A stretch of DNA of 64,000 nucleotides from Leptospiraceae bacterium (GCA_040217195.1 JAVJNR010000003.1:544001-608000), one strand, 5' to 3'. Numbered from the stretch's first letter, positions 49,777 to 60,600 are shown. Notes: a model not told the origin generated them from the letters alone. A program made the numbers and translations.

Positions 49777-50574
49777 ATGAAACAATCAGTACACGATATT
49801 CGCAAAAGGATACTGGTTCTGGCAGCCGTTTTCCTGATTACCAGTCTTGTCAGCTGCCAACTACTGAGCTCCATCGGCAACTCCCATGGAGCGCCAATTG
49901 GAGCTCTCTCCAGACAGGCAATGATTCAGCTCCCGGAATCACCCAACGATTGCCCCAATAGTTTTGATTATTTTCCTGATGGCGGGATTCGCTCCTTCTA
50001 TTGTCATATAAAGGGAGTCATCTCCTACGAAGAGGCGCGAACCCTGGTGCCTGTATCAATATTTCTTTCCGGTCCCCATGGTGAAACCCTAGCACTGGAT
50101 AGGGCAGACTCCTTTGGTCATTACAACCCAGAATTTGTTGAAATGCTCGTAGAATATGGAGTACCGGGATCTGAAAGTGAAGAATTCAGAAAAGCAACTC
50201 AGATTATTTACGATCGGTATGTTGCCTCCCTGGCGCGAATCATGTATGTTACATATCGCAAATTCCAGAACAATCCGGAGCTACTTCGCAAAGAGGCGAA
50301 TACTTTGCAATACAAGCTTCGAGATGGAAGTGTGGACTCAATGTACTATGAGAAGTATTTCTATTTCATGAATCCGGGATTTGCAGAAAACCCTGATGGC
50401 GGTTTTGAGTACTTTTCAGATAGAGGCTTCGATGGTGGATATAGCGGAAATGTGGTCAAGACCGCAGCCTATTTCTGGATTCGCCGTAGCCTTGATGGAA
50501 CGGACAAAGCTTTTTTTAGAGGATTGATGAAGCTCATGCGCACTTACGACTCGGCCTATCTACAAAGCCGATGA
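49777..50574 (+). CDS. Hypothetical lipoprotein
   Basis: Basic N-region, hydrophobic core and LVSC lipobox; motifs FGHYNPEFV and YFWIRR. Confidence 0.75.
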   Translation: MKQSVHDIRKRILVLAAVFLITSLVSCQLLSSIGNSHGAPIGALSRQAMIQLPESPNDCPNSFDYFPDGGIRSFYCHIKGVISYEEARTLVPVSIFLSGPHGETLALDRADSFGHYNPEFVEMLVEYGVPGSESEEFRKATQIIYDRYVASLARIMYVTYRKFQNNPELLRKEANTLQYKLRDGSVDSMYYEKYFYFMNPGFAENPDGGFEYFSDRGFDGGYSGNVVKTAAYFWIRRSLDGTDKAFFRGLMKLMRTYDSAYLQSR

Positions 50575-50693
50575 GTTCGTATTCTTTCGCGAAGATACCT
50601 GAGCCGGAAACCTGCAGAACCGAACATGGCGATCTAGATCGTCCATAAGGCAGGGCAAAGGCTGAGTCAGAAAAATGGAAACGAGGTAAGACT

Positions 50694-51452
50694 ATGGCAC
50701 GAAAATTAACCATTCTGGCTGGAATTGCACTACTTATCATTACCGTCATGATGACTCTGGTTGGCCCCGGAAACGTAACCGGTATGCCAGAAGGATTCGT
50801 AACTCCTATTATGGCATTCGAGTTTCTGCGTAGCCCTCAAGAAGTATATTCCATGTTCGATATTACCTTGCAGGAAAGTACTACGGGAATTGTACCAGCC
50901 TGCCAGGCGTTAACATCGGAGGCTAGCTACAGGATAGCCACTCTGGATGCAATCAATCATCTGGACTCTGGTTACATTCTGGCCTACACCGCTTTTATTG
51001 TTTTTCTGGGAAGTATGCGCTTTGGCTCCAATCGAAAGGGCCTTAGCATAGTATGGATTCTGGCAGTGCTGGCTATGGTATTTGATATTCTGGAAAACAT
51101 AGCCCTGCTTGGAATCACAGAAGCTTTAAATTACTGTCTGGTCTGGTCCGAAAATCAGAACGGACCGGCAATCATAGAAAATTGGGTTCATTTGCTAATC
51201 CCCTTTACGCATATTAAATGGGCCTCCATTGGGCTGGCCTTTCTCTGGATGGTTCGTGCCGATGCTCCTGAAAGCAGTCTGGCTCTCTGGTCCCGGCGAG
51301 CTTCTATTGCCTTTGCCTTATTGGCTCTAATCTTTCTGGTGGTGGGCATGTTCCACAGATCCTTTGTAAATGAACTGATGGGACTTTGTGTGGCCCTTTG
51401 TTTCCTGACCAGTTTTATTGAGGCAATATTCAACAAAGCTGCAAGTCGTTGA
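50694..51452 (+). CDS. Hypothetical multi-pass membrane protein
   Basis: About six hydrophobic helices; AFEF, FDILEN and KW motifs; GAGGT RBS. Confidence 0.75.
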   Translation: MARKLTILAGIALLIITVMMTLVGPGNVTGMPEGFVTPIMAFEFLRSPQEVYSMFDITLQESTTGIVPACQALTSEASYRIATLDAINHLDSGYILAYTAFIVFLGSMRFGSNRKGLSIVWILAVLAMVFDILENIALLGITEALNYCLVWSENQNGPAIIENWVHLLIPFTHIKWASIGLAFLWMVRADAPESSLALWSRRASIAFALLALIFLVVGMFHRSFVNELMGLCVALCFLTSFIEAIFNKAASR

Positions 51453-51493
51453 CATTTTCTTTGCATTGATTCATTTCGTGCTCGGAAACCAGA

Positions 51494-52384
51494 ATGCTGC
51501 ATATTTTAAAGAACATAAGAGTTATAGAGTTCAAACAAGGCTCGGTAATCTACGAAGAGGGCGATAAAGCGGATGGCTCACTGTATTTCATTCTGTCCGG
51601 AAGAGTCAATGTCTTCAAAACAATGGATGGTAAGCCCAGCCAGATCGACAGCCTGGGCGAAGGCAACTTCTTTGGAGAAGTGGGAATTCTTATGGATTAC
51701 CCCCGTACAGCGACGGTTATTGCCGCCTCATCAACAGTACGGATGGCACGTATAACAACGGAGTCCTTTCTTCAAGAAGCCGGACAGAATATGAAATTTG
51801 CGCTCAAGATGATTGGAATAACCATTCAACGTCTTGCTCGAATCGAACTGAAATTACAGATGGTACAGGAAGCTTTTACTGTGGACCTGGAATCCCATCC
51901 CCTGAAACCCATCCTGATAGAGAACCGCCAGAAGAATATGCAAATCGCCGATATGCTTCACAGCCTTCGCAGCATGATGCATTTCAAAGGGAAAAAACTT
52001 TACGGCGAAGGGGACCGGGATACTGGGGAAATGTTCATGGTATTAAAAGGAGAGGTGCAATTGATGCATGCTTTTGGAAAGCAGGAAGTTGGCTTCTACC
52101 CCCTTTATGCAGGGGACTTCTTTGGAATGTCCACTCTTACAGGAATGGCTCGCAGACCATATGGGGCCATGGTTACCGTAGAACATACCTCCATATGCGG
52201 CTTTGATAAAAACCTGTTCTCCCGGGTAATCCAGTCCGACCCGAATCTAATTTTCAGCATCTTTCGCACATTTGTTGCTTATAGCACCATCCTGGACGAA
52301 TATATGCGCAAGAAAGGAATTGAATCTATAGAGGATGGAAGAATTAATAAGATGGAAGCGAATATCCAGGATCCCGAGCTGTAG
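51494..52384 (+). CDS. Tandem cyclic nucleotide-binding domain protein (no HTH)
   Basis: Domain 1: IYEEGD...YFILSG.V...GNFFGEVG...PRTATV. Domain 2: LYGEGD...MVLKGEV...GDFFGMS...RRPY. No C-terminal DNA-binding domain. Confidence 0.9.
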   Translation: MLHILKNIRVIEFKQGSVIYEEGDKADGSLYFILSGRVNVFKTMDGKPSQIDSLGEGNFFGEVGILMDYPRTATVIAASSTVRMARITTESFLQEAGQNMKFALKMIGITIQRLARIELKLQMVQEAFTVDLESHPLKPILIENRQKNMQIADMLHSLRSMMHFKGKKLYGEGDRDTGEMFMVLKGEVQLMHAFGKQEVGFYPLYAGDFFGMSTLTGMARRPYGAMVTVEHTSICGFDKNLFSRVIQSDPNLIFSIFRTFVAYSTILDEYMRKKGIESIEDGRINKMEANIQDPEL

Positions 52385-52548
52385 AGTCAAAAAAGCCAGA
52401 TTCCCAGAGCAAACCACAGTTCTTCCGAGTAGCACCGAACCTTGATGGCCCGGTGCACATTAACGCTAACAGCTTCTCTGATTTCATGAATTCAGCCAGT
52501 CCACTCCCGGGAGGGGATTCTGGATCATTTCAATTTCGGGGATGATTT

Positions 52549-53187
52549 CTAGGCCAATCTTTCGGCCAGTTTCTTGGTCAGATCTTTTCCCAGAATGCTT
52601 CGTATTCGCGCCATTAACGATGGATCAACTGATTCCAGATCATGCAGCGCCGTTTGAGACCAGCAGTGAACTCGCACCTTTCCGGTGGCCTTCACTGTGG
52701 CCGTGGCCGGCTCTCCCGTAAGAAAGCTCATTTCTGCAATGAAATTGTAGGCATCCAGTCTAACCAGGGTCTTGCGACCTCGCTTAACAACTGCCTGCCC
52801 ATCCACTATGAAAAGCAGATCATCCGGAGTTTCTTTCTGTCGAACAATGACAGAACCGTTGTACTCCCGATCCATTCCGGAATTCCATAATTTGAGGAAA
52901 TCCCGTTCGGAAAATTCATTAAATACCAGTTTATGAATCTCTCCCAGCTTTCCCTGTAATTTAAGCGGCTGCCTTTCTTGAAATAGAACTATGATATGAT
53001 ATGCATTGATGGCCAGAAAAAGTATTTCCCAGCCAGCTAGAAGTGGCTGATCGCTCAGTCTGCCATAGCCTATCATCAATATGCTGGACACAACCATGAC
53101 CAGTCGCAGCCACAGGATGTCCTTGAACAGAAAGGCCAGAAGCACTATGGCATTGGCTGCATGTAAGAATAGAGCTTCAGCGGACAT
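52549..53187 (-). CDS. Popeye-like membrane protein with a cNMP-binding domain
   Basis: Three N-terminal TMs (AFLFKDILWLRL...W..LF..IN..HI), linker F...DF.KL, and cNMP-like domain (LLFIVDG.A.V...FIAEMSFLTG..ATATV). Confidence 0.8.
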   Translation of the reverse strand: MSAEALFLHAANAIVLLAFLFKDILWLRLVMVVSSILMIGYGRLSDQPLLAGWEILFLAINAYHIIVLFQERQPLKLQGKLGEIHKLVFNEFSERDFLKLWNSGMDREYNGSVIVRQKETPDDLLFIVDGQAVVKRGRKTLVRLDAYNFIAEMSFLTGEPATATVKATGKVRVHCWSQTALHDLESVDPSLMARIRSILGKDLTKKLAERLA

Positions 53188-53261
53188 GGTGAACCCATTC
53201 TTATTTTCGGCCCCCGGACGGCCAAAAAGGAGGGCCTGTGAACCGCTAAAATGACCGGATG

Positions 53262-53282
53262 GCTCCCGGAATAGCCGGGAGC
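53262..53282 (-). terminator. Perfect 8-bp hairpin downstream of V-ATPase subunit K
   Basis: GCTCCCGG-aatag-CCGGGAGC. No immediate U-tract on the minus strand, so termination is uncertain. Confidence 0.4.
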
Positions 53283-53319
53283 TCCTTGCTTATTTCAGTC
53301 TGAAAGAAGCGCTAATAGC

Positions 53320-53823
<504 letters not shown>

Positions 53824-53889
53824 TTAGGCCTTTTGGCCAAACTGCCTTTCGGCAAGAGCTCACCTCCTGTGAGCTTCTCCTACCGCCAG

Positions 53890-55893
53890 CTAACTGGCGG
53901 TCCGGTCTTCTTTCACCCGTTGCCTGAGTAAGAAAGGCTCATAAGCCACCCCACCACCTTTGAAATCCAGGTTCTTATAGAACTCCACAAAGGTTAAACG
54001 TAAAGGATGAACGAATGAGCCCAGAAGCGATAATCCAAGATTCAATGTATGCCCGACGATTAGAATGATGATGGAGACTGCCAGCAGAGGCGAAAGAAAT
54101 TCCGTATTCTCCGGATATCCAGGCAGAATCATAAATGCGATTTGATTGAATGCATTACCCAGCAAACCGCTAGCAAGCCCCAGAGCGAACAGTCGAATAT
54201 AAGAAAGAAAGTCTCCCAGAAATCCAGTGATAAACTGATAGAATTCCCAGATTCCGGTCAGAGGCCGAATCAGAAAGCTGCGATCCGGATTATTAAACAG
54301 AAAAAACAATGCAAGTCCGCCCACAGCCAGTATCTGGCCCGCCAGATAGGGTACCGATACCAGCCAGGTGCCTACCATCAAAGGGCCTATGCTGAAGCTT
54401 CTATCGAAGCCCAGGTTCAAGAAGTTTGTATGACAGGCCAGAACCAGTGCGCCTAGGGTAGCCAGTATCATTCCAACAGGCTTGATCACAAACACAGGAC
54501 CATTCATGCGAAATGAATTAACAGCCTGCAAGGACATACCCATCAGCAATTGCACAACACCAAGAAGCAATGACAATGTCATGGCGGGAAATACGGTAGC
54601 TCCACTGGAACTATAGCTTGCAAATAATGTCAGGTCTGAAGGAGCACCTATGATACTGCTGTGGGATCCAGGAACCTGAAACATATTCTCGCCAAAGAAT
54701 GTATTTAATAGTAGCCCGGCCACCGTGGTGGAAAGCCCCAGCACCAGTCCAAGACCGGCTATGGGCTTCCAGTTATGAGGCACCAATAGTAATAGAATGC
54801 CAGAAAGCGCGGAAACCACAAGCCCATATCCGATATCGCCCAGACACATTCCAAAGAAAATAACAAAGAACGGTGCAAAGAAAGGAGTGGGATCCAGCTC
54901 CATATAGTCTGGAAGAGAAAACAGCCTGGTTATGGGTTCAAATAGCCTGGCGAAGAATCCATTTCGCAAAGCAATGGGAACCATGTCTCCCGGCTCTGGG
55001 TCTCCGATGGTGCAGGAAATCTCCTGTTTTTTCAAAAAGCCTTCCACGTCGGCGGCTTTTGCTACCGGATAATAGCCCGTAATATAGAAGATAGTATCTC
55101 TGGAGTCCCTGGAAAGACTGTGCTTGGCGGCTTCGAAAGTCATTCTGGATTCGAGAACATTCATAGCCCTTTGAAGAGCACTCTTCCAGCTATGGCAGCT
55201 GAGGATATCTGCCTCCACGGCTTCCTGGCGGCGACGCACCTGGCCTAATTCCCGCTCCAACTGTGCCAGTCCTGTGGCCGGAAGCCCCACTTCTTCAAAT
55301 GGAAGCACCAGATTTTTGCCGGCGAATTCCAGTAGTGCGAAATAAACTCGTCCGTCCCGGCGATTTAGCACAGCCACATAGAAGACCGGAGCATCTTCGG
55401 GATCCAGGCTGGAAAAATCGAACTGATCAAAGGCCTTCTCCGATCCAATAAATAACCTGATGCGAATACCTCGCTCCTGCATTTCCTGCAATTTATCCAC
55501 AGGAAAATCACCCCAGAGCGAAAGTTCACGGTGACTCTGTTCCAGCTCTTCCGCTGCGGCCATCAATGCCTGTCGCTCATCAAATTTATCTTCCAGATAT
55601 CTTAGCTTTTTGCGAGCTGAATCCTTGTCTGCCAGCCCGGCAATATTGGAATCAGGAATGGTTCCGGCCCGCTGTTCCTTTCTTTTCGATTGGGCCAGCT
55701 TCTCCAGACCATCCAGGGCAGAGACCATATCCCTGTACCGATTCCGAACCTTCTTAAAGTGATTATATTTCTGAGCGTCCACATGGGCCACGGTATTCAG
55801 ATGTATTACACCCAGTCGCTGTAACCGGCCCAGGATTTTCTTTTTCTCCGAATAATGCAGGAATAGATTTACCTTCTTCATCTTTTCAATCAT
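53890..55893 (-). CDS. atpI: V/A-type ATP synthase subunit I
   Basis: MKKV, LP.Y.ELDPT, GD.GYG, D.LSYIRLFALGLA, H..N and HPLRLTFVEF motifs. Confidence 0.96.
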   Translation of the reverse strand: MIEKMKKVNLFLHYSEKKKILGRLQRLGVIHLNTVAHVDAQKYNHFKKVRNRYRDMVSALDGLEKLAQSKRKEQRAGTIPDSNIAGLADKDSARKKLRYLEDKFDERQALMAAAEELEQSHRELSLWGDFPVDKLQEMQERGIRIRLFIGSEKAFDQFDFSSLDPEDAPVFYVAVLNRRDGRVYFALLEFAGKNLVLPFEEVGLPATGLAQLERELGQVRRRQEAVEADILSCHSWKSALQRAMNVLESRMTFEAAKHSLSRDSRDTIFYITGYYPVAKAADVEGFLKKQEISCTIGDPEPGDMVPIALRNGFFARLFEPITRLFSLPDYMELDPTPFFAPFFVIFFGMCLGDIGYGLVVSALSGILLLLVPHNWKPIAGLGLVLGLSTTVAGLLLNTFFGENMFQVPGSHSSIIGAPSDLTLFASYSSSGATVFPAMTLSLLLGVVQLLMGMSLQAVNSFRMNGPVFVIKPVGMILATLGALVLACHTNFLNLGFDRSFSIGPLMVGTWLVSVPYLAGQILAVGGLALFFLFNNPDRSFLIRPLTGIWEFYQFITGFLGDFLSYIRLFALGLASGLLGNAFNQIAFMILPGYPENTEFLSPLLAVSIIILIVGHTLNLGLSLLGSFVHPLRLTFVEFYKNLDFKGGGVAYEPFLLRQRVKEDRTAS

Positions 55894-56528
55894 GAAGCTT
55901 CCTCCTGTTCCTGAACTTGAAGCTCTGCCTGCTCATCCTCTTCTTTCTGACGGGCCTCATGCCTGGACTTTACAATCTTCTGAGCTGCCCGACTCAAATT
56001 CTCCTGGTCTTCGAGAAATCCTTTAATCTTTCGCAAAGCATCCCTGTATTCCGGGATCTGAACCTTTTCGTATAGATTCACCTTCTGGGTTGTTTTCTTT
56101 CTGGCATAATGAAGGATCTCAACGGTTTGCTCGGTTAGCTGAATCCTTACATTGATTTCGTTTAATGTTTTAACGACTCGCACACCTTCCGCTACCCAGC
56201 CTCGGCCTGCGAAATAGGAGAAGTCCCGCACCTGAAAGTCAATAGCCTGCAGTTCAGGAAGAGAGACTCCTGCGATATTTCGGTTTTGAATATCTACATT
56301 TTCAATTCTCACCAGGTCTGGAAACTCGGGCCAGAGCAAAGACACACCTTCCGTATCTGAAAGAAATTGTTCCAGTTCAGCCTTCAGTTTCTCCAGCTTC
56401 TCCTGGGCTTTTTTTACTTCCAGACGAAGAGCCGTTTCCTTGGCTTTCAGCGTAGGCAGGGCTTTGAGGCGAACGTTCAGTTCCCTCTTGAGCCGCTGCA
56501 TGGCAGTTTTGTTGAATTGATATTTCAC
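55890..56528 (-). CDS. atpD: V/A-type ATP synthase subunit D
   Basis: NKT...LPTLKAKETALR...RKKTTQKVNLYEKVQIP; GTG start overlapping the subunit B stop. Confidence 0.95.
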   Translation of the reverse strand: MKYQFNKTAMQRLKRELNVRLKALPTLKAKETALRLEVKKAQEKLEKLKAELEQFLSDTEGVSLLWPEFPDLVRIENVDIQNRNIAGVSLPELQAIDFQVRDFSYFAGRGWVAEGVRVVKTLNEINVRIQLTEQTVEILHYARKKTTQKVNLYEKVQIPEYRDALRKIKGFLEDQENLSRAAQKIVKSRHEARQKEEDEQAELQVQEQEEAS

Positions 56529-57847
56529 CTATCTACCCAGTATTTCTCCACAAGCTCATCTTTGATTCCTATCTCAGATTTCTTGAAATGTTTAGCCATC
56601 AAATCCCAGCCGCGATCAAGCATCGCATCTGTATCGATGTTGATATCTACAGCCAGCAAAGACCTTGAATAATCCTCTGCAAATTTCAGGGCCCTGGTGT
56701 CGTAGTTGGTAAGATCAAATCCGTTTTCCTTCTTTGTTCTTGCATTGGCCGCATCGGAAAACAATCGAACCAGACTATTCATTACCTGAGGGTGATCCTC
56801 TCTGGTTTTCTTCCCTATTACAATTTGCTTCAGTCGAGACAGAGAACGGAATGGATCCACAATAACCTTTCCCACTGTAGTATCGCGACGGAGGAAGAGC
56901 TGTCCTTCTGTAATGTATCCGGTGTTGTCTGGAATGGCATGTGTAATGTCGCCTTCATTAAGAGTCGTAACTGCAATAATGGTGATGGAACCTCCATCTG
57001 GAAACTGGGCGGCTTTCTCATAGATCCGAGCCAGATCACTGTAAAGGGATCCAGGCATGGAGTCCTTGGATGGAATCTGATCCATCTTATTGGATACAAT
57101 TGCCAGACCATCCGCAAATAGAGTCATATCGGAAAGCAGGACCAGTACCTTTTCATGATGCGTTGTGGCAAAATACTCGGCAGCACTGAGACACATATCC
57201 GGCACAAGAAGCCTTTCAACCGGAGGATTATCTGTAGTGTTTATGAATGAGATTATCTTATGCTGCACTCCTGCATTGTCGAATACGCTGCGATAATATA
57301 GGAAGTCATCGTTAGACAGTCCCATGCCACCCAGGATAATCTTATCTGCATGAGCTCGAAGTGCAACGTCAGCCATTACCTGATTATAAGGCTGATCTGG
57401 ATCCGCAAAGAATGGTATCTTCTGGCCTGTAACCAGTGTATTATTCAAATCGATGCCAGCAATACCGGTGGCAATCAATTCCGAGGGCTGCTGCCGACGC
57501 ACCGGGTTTACAGTGGGGCCACCAATCTCCACTTCCTGACCTTCAATTTCTGGACCTCCATCTATGGGATCCCCAAATGCATTGAAGTACCGGCCGGCCA
57601 GCTGAGGGCCCACCTTCAAAGTGGGTGATTTCCCGGTAAAGATCACCTTCGCATTGGTTGCAATTCCCTCTGTTCCGGAAAACACCTGTAGCGTAACTCG
57701 ATTGCCCTGAATCTTAACTACCTGAGCCGGTCGTTCATCTACAAATGCCATCTCCTCATTACCAACGCCTGTGGCTTCAAGCGTAACCGTAGCTTTTGTA
57801 ATGGCGCTCAATTCTTTATATACTTTCTGAAATGCAGTGGTTTCCAT
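56525..57847 (-). CDS. atpB: V/A-type ATP synthase subunit B
   Basis: TGIAGID..NTLV.GQKIP, PGSLYSDLA..YEKA, PDNTGYITEGQ and SLSRLK motifs. Confidence 0.97.
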   Translation of the reverse strand: METTAFQKVYKELSAITKATVTLEATGVGNEEMAFVDERPAQVVKIQGNRVTLQVFSGTEGIATNAKVIFTGKSPTLKVGPQLAGRYFNAFGDPIDGGPEIEGQEVEIGGPTVNPVRRQQPSELIATGIAGIDLNNTLVTGQKIPFFADPDQPYNQVMADVALRAHADKIILGGMGLSNDDFLYYRSVFDNAGVQHKIISFINTTDNPPVERLLVPDMCLSAAEYFATTHHEKVLVLLSDMTLFADGLAIVSNKMDQIPSKDSMPGSLYSDLARIYEKAAQFPDGGSITIIAVTTLNEGDITHAIPDNTGYITEGQLFLRRDTTVGKVIVDPFRSLSRLKQIVIGKKTREDHPQVMNSLVRLFSDAANARTKKENGFDLTNYDTRALKFAEDYSRSLLAVDINIDTDAMLDRGWDLMAKHFKKSEIGIKDELVEKYWVDR

Positions 57848-57928
57848 AAAATCGTGCCTTTCTCTGGGTACTTTTCCCTGTCTATTAAGGTCTACTTACT
57901 CTTTTTGCCGACTTCATATTCGACGCCC

Positions 57929-59695
57929 TTAACCTGGCACCGGCTCCGCCGCAGAGCGAGACAGTAGACTATCCAGTTCCTTTCTGTATTTGTGGAATGA
58001 ATCCGATTCGTATTCACTGTAGTTCATTTGTTTCATTACGTTAATTAGCTGTTTAAAGAAGCCGCTAACTTCTTCGTAATGATTCAATGAAAAAGTCCTC
58101 TTGCAAATTTCCATTACCAGATTAAGCATATACTTCTGCCTTTCCAGTGGAGTATTCGCATCGATATCGTCAAAAGCATCCTGCTGCAGAATAACAAAAT
58201 CCAGTAACTCTCCTTTCCAGAAAACCTCATGGTACTCAATGGGAACCGAGTCATCGCCCAGGATGCTTATTTGATCCGCCGCTTCTGTGCCTCTTCGCAG
58301 TATATCTCGGGCTTCATCGACTATGCCAGCCCAGCCTTCCTGAACATTCGCATCCAGATATTCCCTGAATTCAGGATATTCCAGATATTTTGAGTAAGAA
58401 TCCAGAGGATCAATGGCAGGATATCTCTTCGAATCCGCTCTTTTCTGTGCCAGCGCATAAAAACAACGAGCCGCTTTTCGCGTACTCTCGGTTACAGGCT
58501 CTTTCAGGTTACCGCCGGCCGGCGATACAGTTCCCACAAAAGTAATGGAACCGGTTTCTCCATTATTCAGCTCAACGAATCCAGCTCTGGCATAGAAATT
58601 GGAGATGATGGCCGATAGGTCCATGGGGAAGGCATCCGGACCAGGCAATTCCTCCAGGCGATTGGACATTTCCCGCAAGGCTTGAGCCCAGCGGGAGGTA
58701 GAATCCGCAAGCAGAAGCACTCGCAGGCCCATACTACGATAGTATTCGGCGATGGTCATTCCTGTGTAGACCGAGGCTTCACGAGCCGCCACCGGCATAT
58801 TGGAGGTATTGCAAATAATGGTTGTCCGTTCCATAAGCTTGCGACCGGTGCGAGGATCCTCCAGCTCCGGAAATTCAGTAAAGATTTCCACTACTTCATT
58901 GGCACGCTCGCCGCAGGCTGTAATGATAATCATATCTGCAGCAGCGTTCTTGCTCATTGCATGCTGCAGCACGGTCTTACCACAACCGAAAGGACCAGGT
59001 ACAAAACCAGTTCCACCTTCGGGCATGGGATTAAGAGTATCTATGGCACGTATTCCCATCTCCATCAGGCGAAATGGTCGAGGCTTCTTTACAAAGTTGG
59101 TGATGGGCACCTTCACAGGCCATTTCTGTCGCATGCTAACAGACTTAACCTGACCGGATTCGTTTTCCAGCTCGGCGATGGTATCGTCCACTCTGTAGGA
59201 TCCCTTGCCCACCAGAGTCTTGATTTTCCAGGGCCCCTTAAAAGAGAACGGAACCATGATCTTATGATCGATCCAATTCTCCTTCACTCGGCCCAGCCAG
59301 TCCGCTGCCTTTACAGAATCTCCCACTTTAGCGATTGGCTCAAAATCCCAGCTAGCTTCCGGATCCAGGGAGTCTGCCACAAATCCACGCTTCAGGAAAA
59401 CTCCATCCACCTTTTCCAGATCCATTTGCAAGCCATCATACTTTCTGGATAAAATACCGGGTCCCAGATCGATCTCCAGCATATGTCCAGTAAACTCCAC
59501 GGCTATGCCCGGGCGTAAGCCGCGCGTGGATTCAAATACTTGAGCCTGGGCTGTATGTCCCTGAATACGAATTACTTCTGCCATCAGTCTGGTATCCTGA
59601 TGAAGTATGTAGCAGATCTCATTTTGGCCTATAGGACCATCGCAATCAATGGTTACCAGGTTAGCGATAATACCGGTTACTTTTCCGTTGGTCAT
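57929..59695 (-). CDS. atpA: V/A-type ATP synthase subunit A
   Basis: GPFGCGKT P-loop, CGERANE, NTSNMPVAAREAS, ADSTSRWAQALRE and SPAGG motifs. Confidence 0.97.
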   Translation of the reverse strand: MTNGKVTGIIANLVTIDCDGPIGQNEICYILHQDTRLMAEVIRIQGHTAQAQVFESTRGLRPGIAVEFTGHMLEIDLGPGILSRKYDGLQMDLEKVDGVFLKRGFVADSLDPEASWDFEPIAKVGDSVKAADWLGRVKENWIDHKIMVPFSFKGPWKIKTLVGKGSYRVDDTIAELENESGQVKSVSMRQKWPVKVPITNFVKKPRPFRLMEMGIRAIDTLNPMPEGGTGFVPGPFGCGKTVLQHAMSKNAAADMIIITACGERANEVVEIFTEFPELEDPRTGRKLMERTTIICNTSNMPVAAREASVYTGMTIAEYYRSMGLRVLLLADSTSRWAQALREMSNRLEELPGPDAFPMDLSAIISNFYARAGFVELNNGETGSITFVGTVSPAGGNLKEPVTESTRKAARCFYALAQKRADSKRYPAIDPLDSYSKYLEYPEFREYLDANVQEGWAGIVDEARDILRRGTEAADQISILGDDSVPIEYHEVFWKGELLDFVILQQDAFDDIDANTPLERQKYMLNLVMEICKRTFSLNHYEEVSGFFKQLINVMKQMNYSEYESDSFHKYRKELDSLLSRSAAEPVPG

Positions 59696-59743
59696 TTTAT
59701 TTACTCCGTGAACTTCTTGGCCTCACTGGACTCAGCTTGCTAT

Positions 59744-60598
59744 CTACAGTGCCAGCTCATCAGCCCGAACCTGCTCTGGCAGAATCGAATTGGACAATAC
59801 CTTCTTAACAATTTCTCGCAATCTCTCTCGACCCGCTTCTTTCGTCCGATCCAGCCAGCGATGCGCCAGGCTTAACTCCAGAAAGTAAGCGAAGACCGCT
59901 ATTTCATCAAATTCATGGCCGCTGGACTCCTGCTCCAGATAATCAAGGATAAGCGAATCGATCTTTCTTTCTAGCTTATCCAGTAATCTTTGCTCAATCA
60001 GTTCCCTGAATTCCTGGATGAAGGGATAAAGCCCACCAAGCCCGAAATCAGGGAGATTGCTTGTGGCCAGTTGACGATTTAGATCGGTATCGCCTACCAG
60101 GATGGAATGCAAATCACGACCATCCCTTCTTCCGTTAATTGCGCTGATAATATTTTTGATATCTCGTTTAAAGGAAAAGTAACCGGAAAGGAAGGCACCT
60201 GTATCGCTTATGGCAGCTTCATAATATTGCCCGATGAGTTGATTCTCAGTTTGTAGCGTTAGTGGTTTCTGCAGATCAATTTCTTCAATGAATTGCTGCA
60301 TATAGACAGGCAGCTCTAGAAGTCCCAGGATTCCTTCTTCTAGATCCTGATGCGAAAACGCAGAGGGACGGTAAAATGAAATCTCCGAATCATCCTGAAT
60401 GCCCTGGCGGTCCCGGATCAAACGAAGGAGATTCTTATTATCGTTTCTGTACAGAAGATACGAGAATTGACGGGCATCCTCAGAAGTCAGTAGTTCCAGA
60501 ATATCGTTCTGGATAGTAGTCAGGTCCCGTTCGGCGGACTGATCGGCCGCATAAAGGTCCGGCAGGCCGCTAATCAGATAGTGATAGCGTTCTGCCAT
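59744..60598 (-). CDS. DUF2764 family protein (V/A-type ATPase subunit C-like)
   Basis: YHYLISGLPDL N-terminus, DNKNL, F...D.KNI, and C-terminal RW......G; canonical position between subunits E and A. Confidence 0.85.
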   Translation of the reverse strand: MAERYHYLISGLPDLYAADQSAERDLTTIQNDILELLTSEDARQFSYLLYRNDNKNLLRLIRDRQGIQDDSEISFYRPSAFSHQDLEEGILGLLELPVYMQQFIEEIDLQKPLTLQTENQLIGQYYEAAISDTGAFLSGYFSFKRDIKNIISAINGRRDGRDLHSILVGDTDLNRQLATSNLPDFGLGGLYPFIQEFRELIEQRLLDKLERKIDSLILDYLEQESSGHEFDEIAVFAYFLELSLAHRWLDRTKEAGRERLREIVKKVLSNSILPEQVRADELAL

Positions 60599-60600
60599 TG

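Noticed and set aside
49690..49780. Frameshifted STAND/AAA continuation of the cyclase
   Set aside because: I saw no P-loop-containing frame downstream; the next gene is an independent lipoprotein.
48341..53187. Pycsar-type anti-phage system (cyclase plus cNMP effector)
   Set aside because: The cyclase is a two-domain sAC-like enzyme, not a PycC-like one. There is no TIR or recognisable PycTM effector directly adjacent, the TM-cNMP gene is on the opposite strand, and the context is housekeeping. Not formally excluded without product assays.
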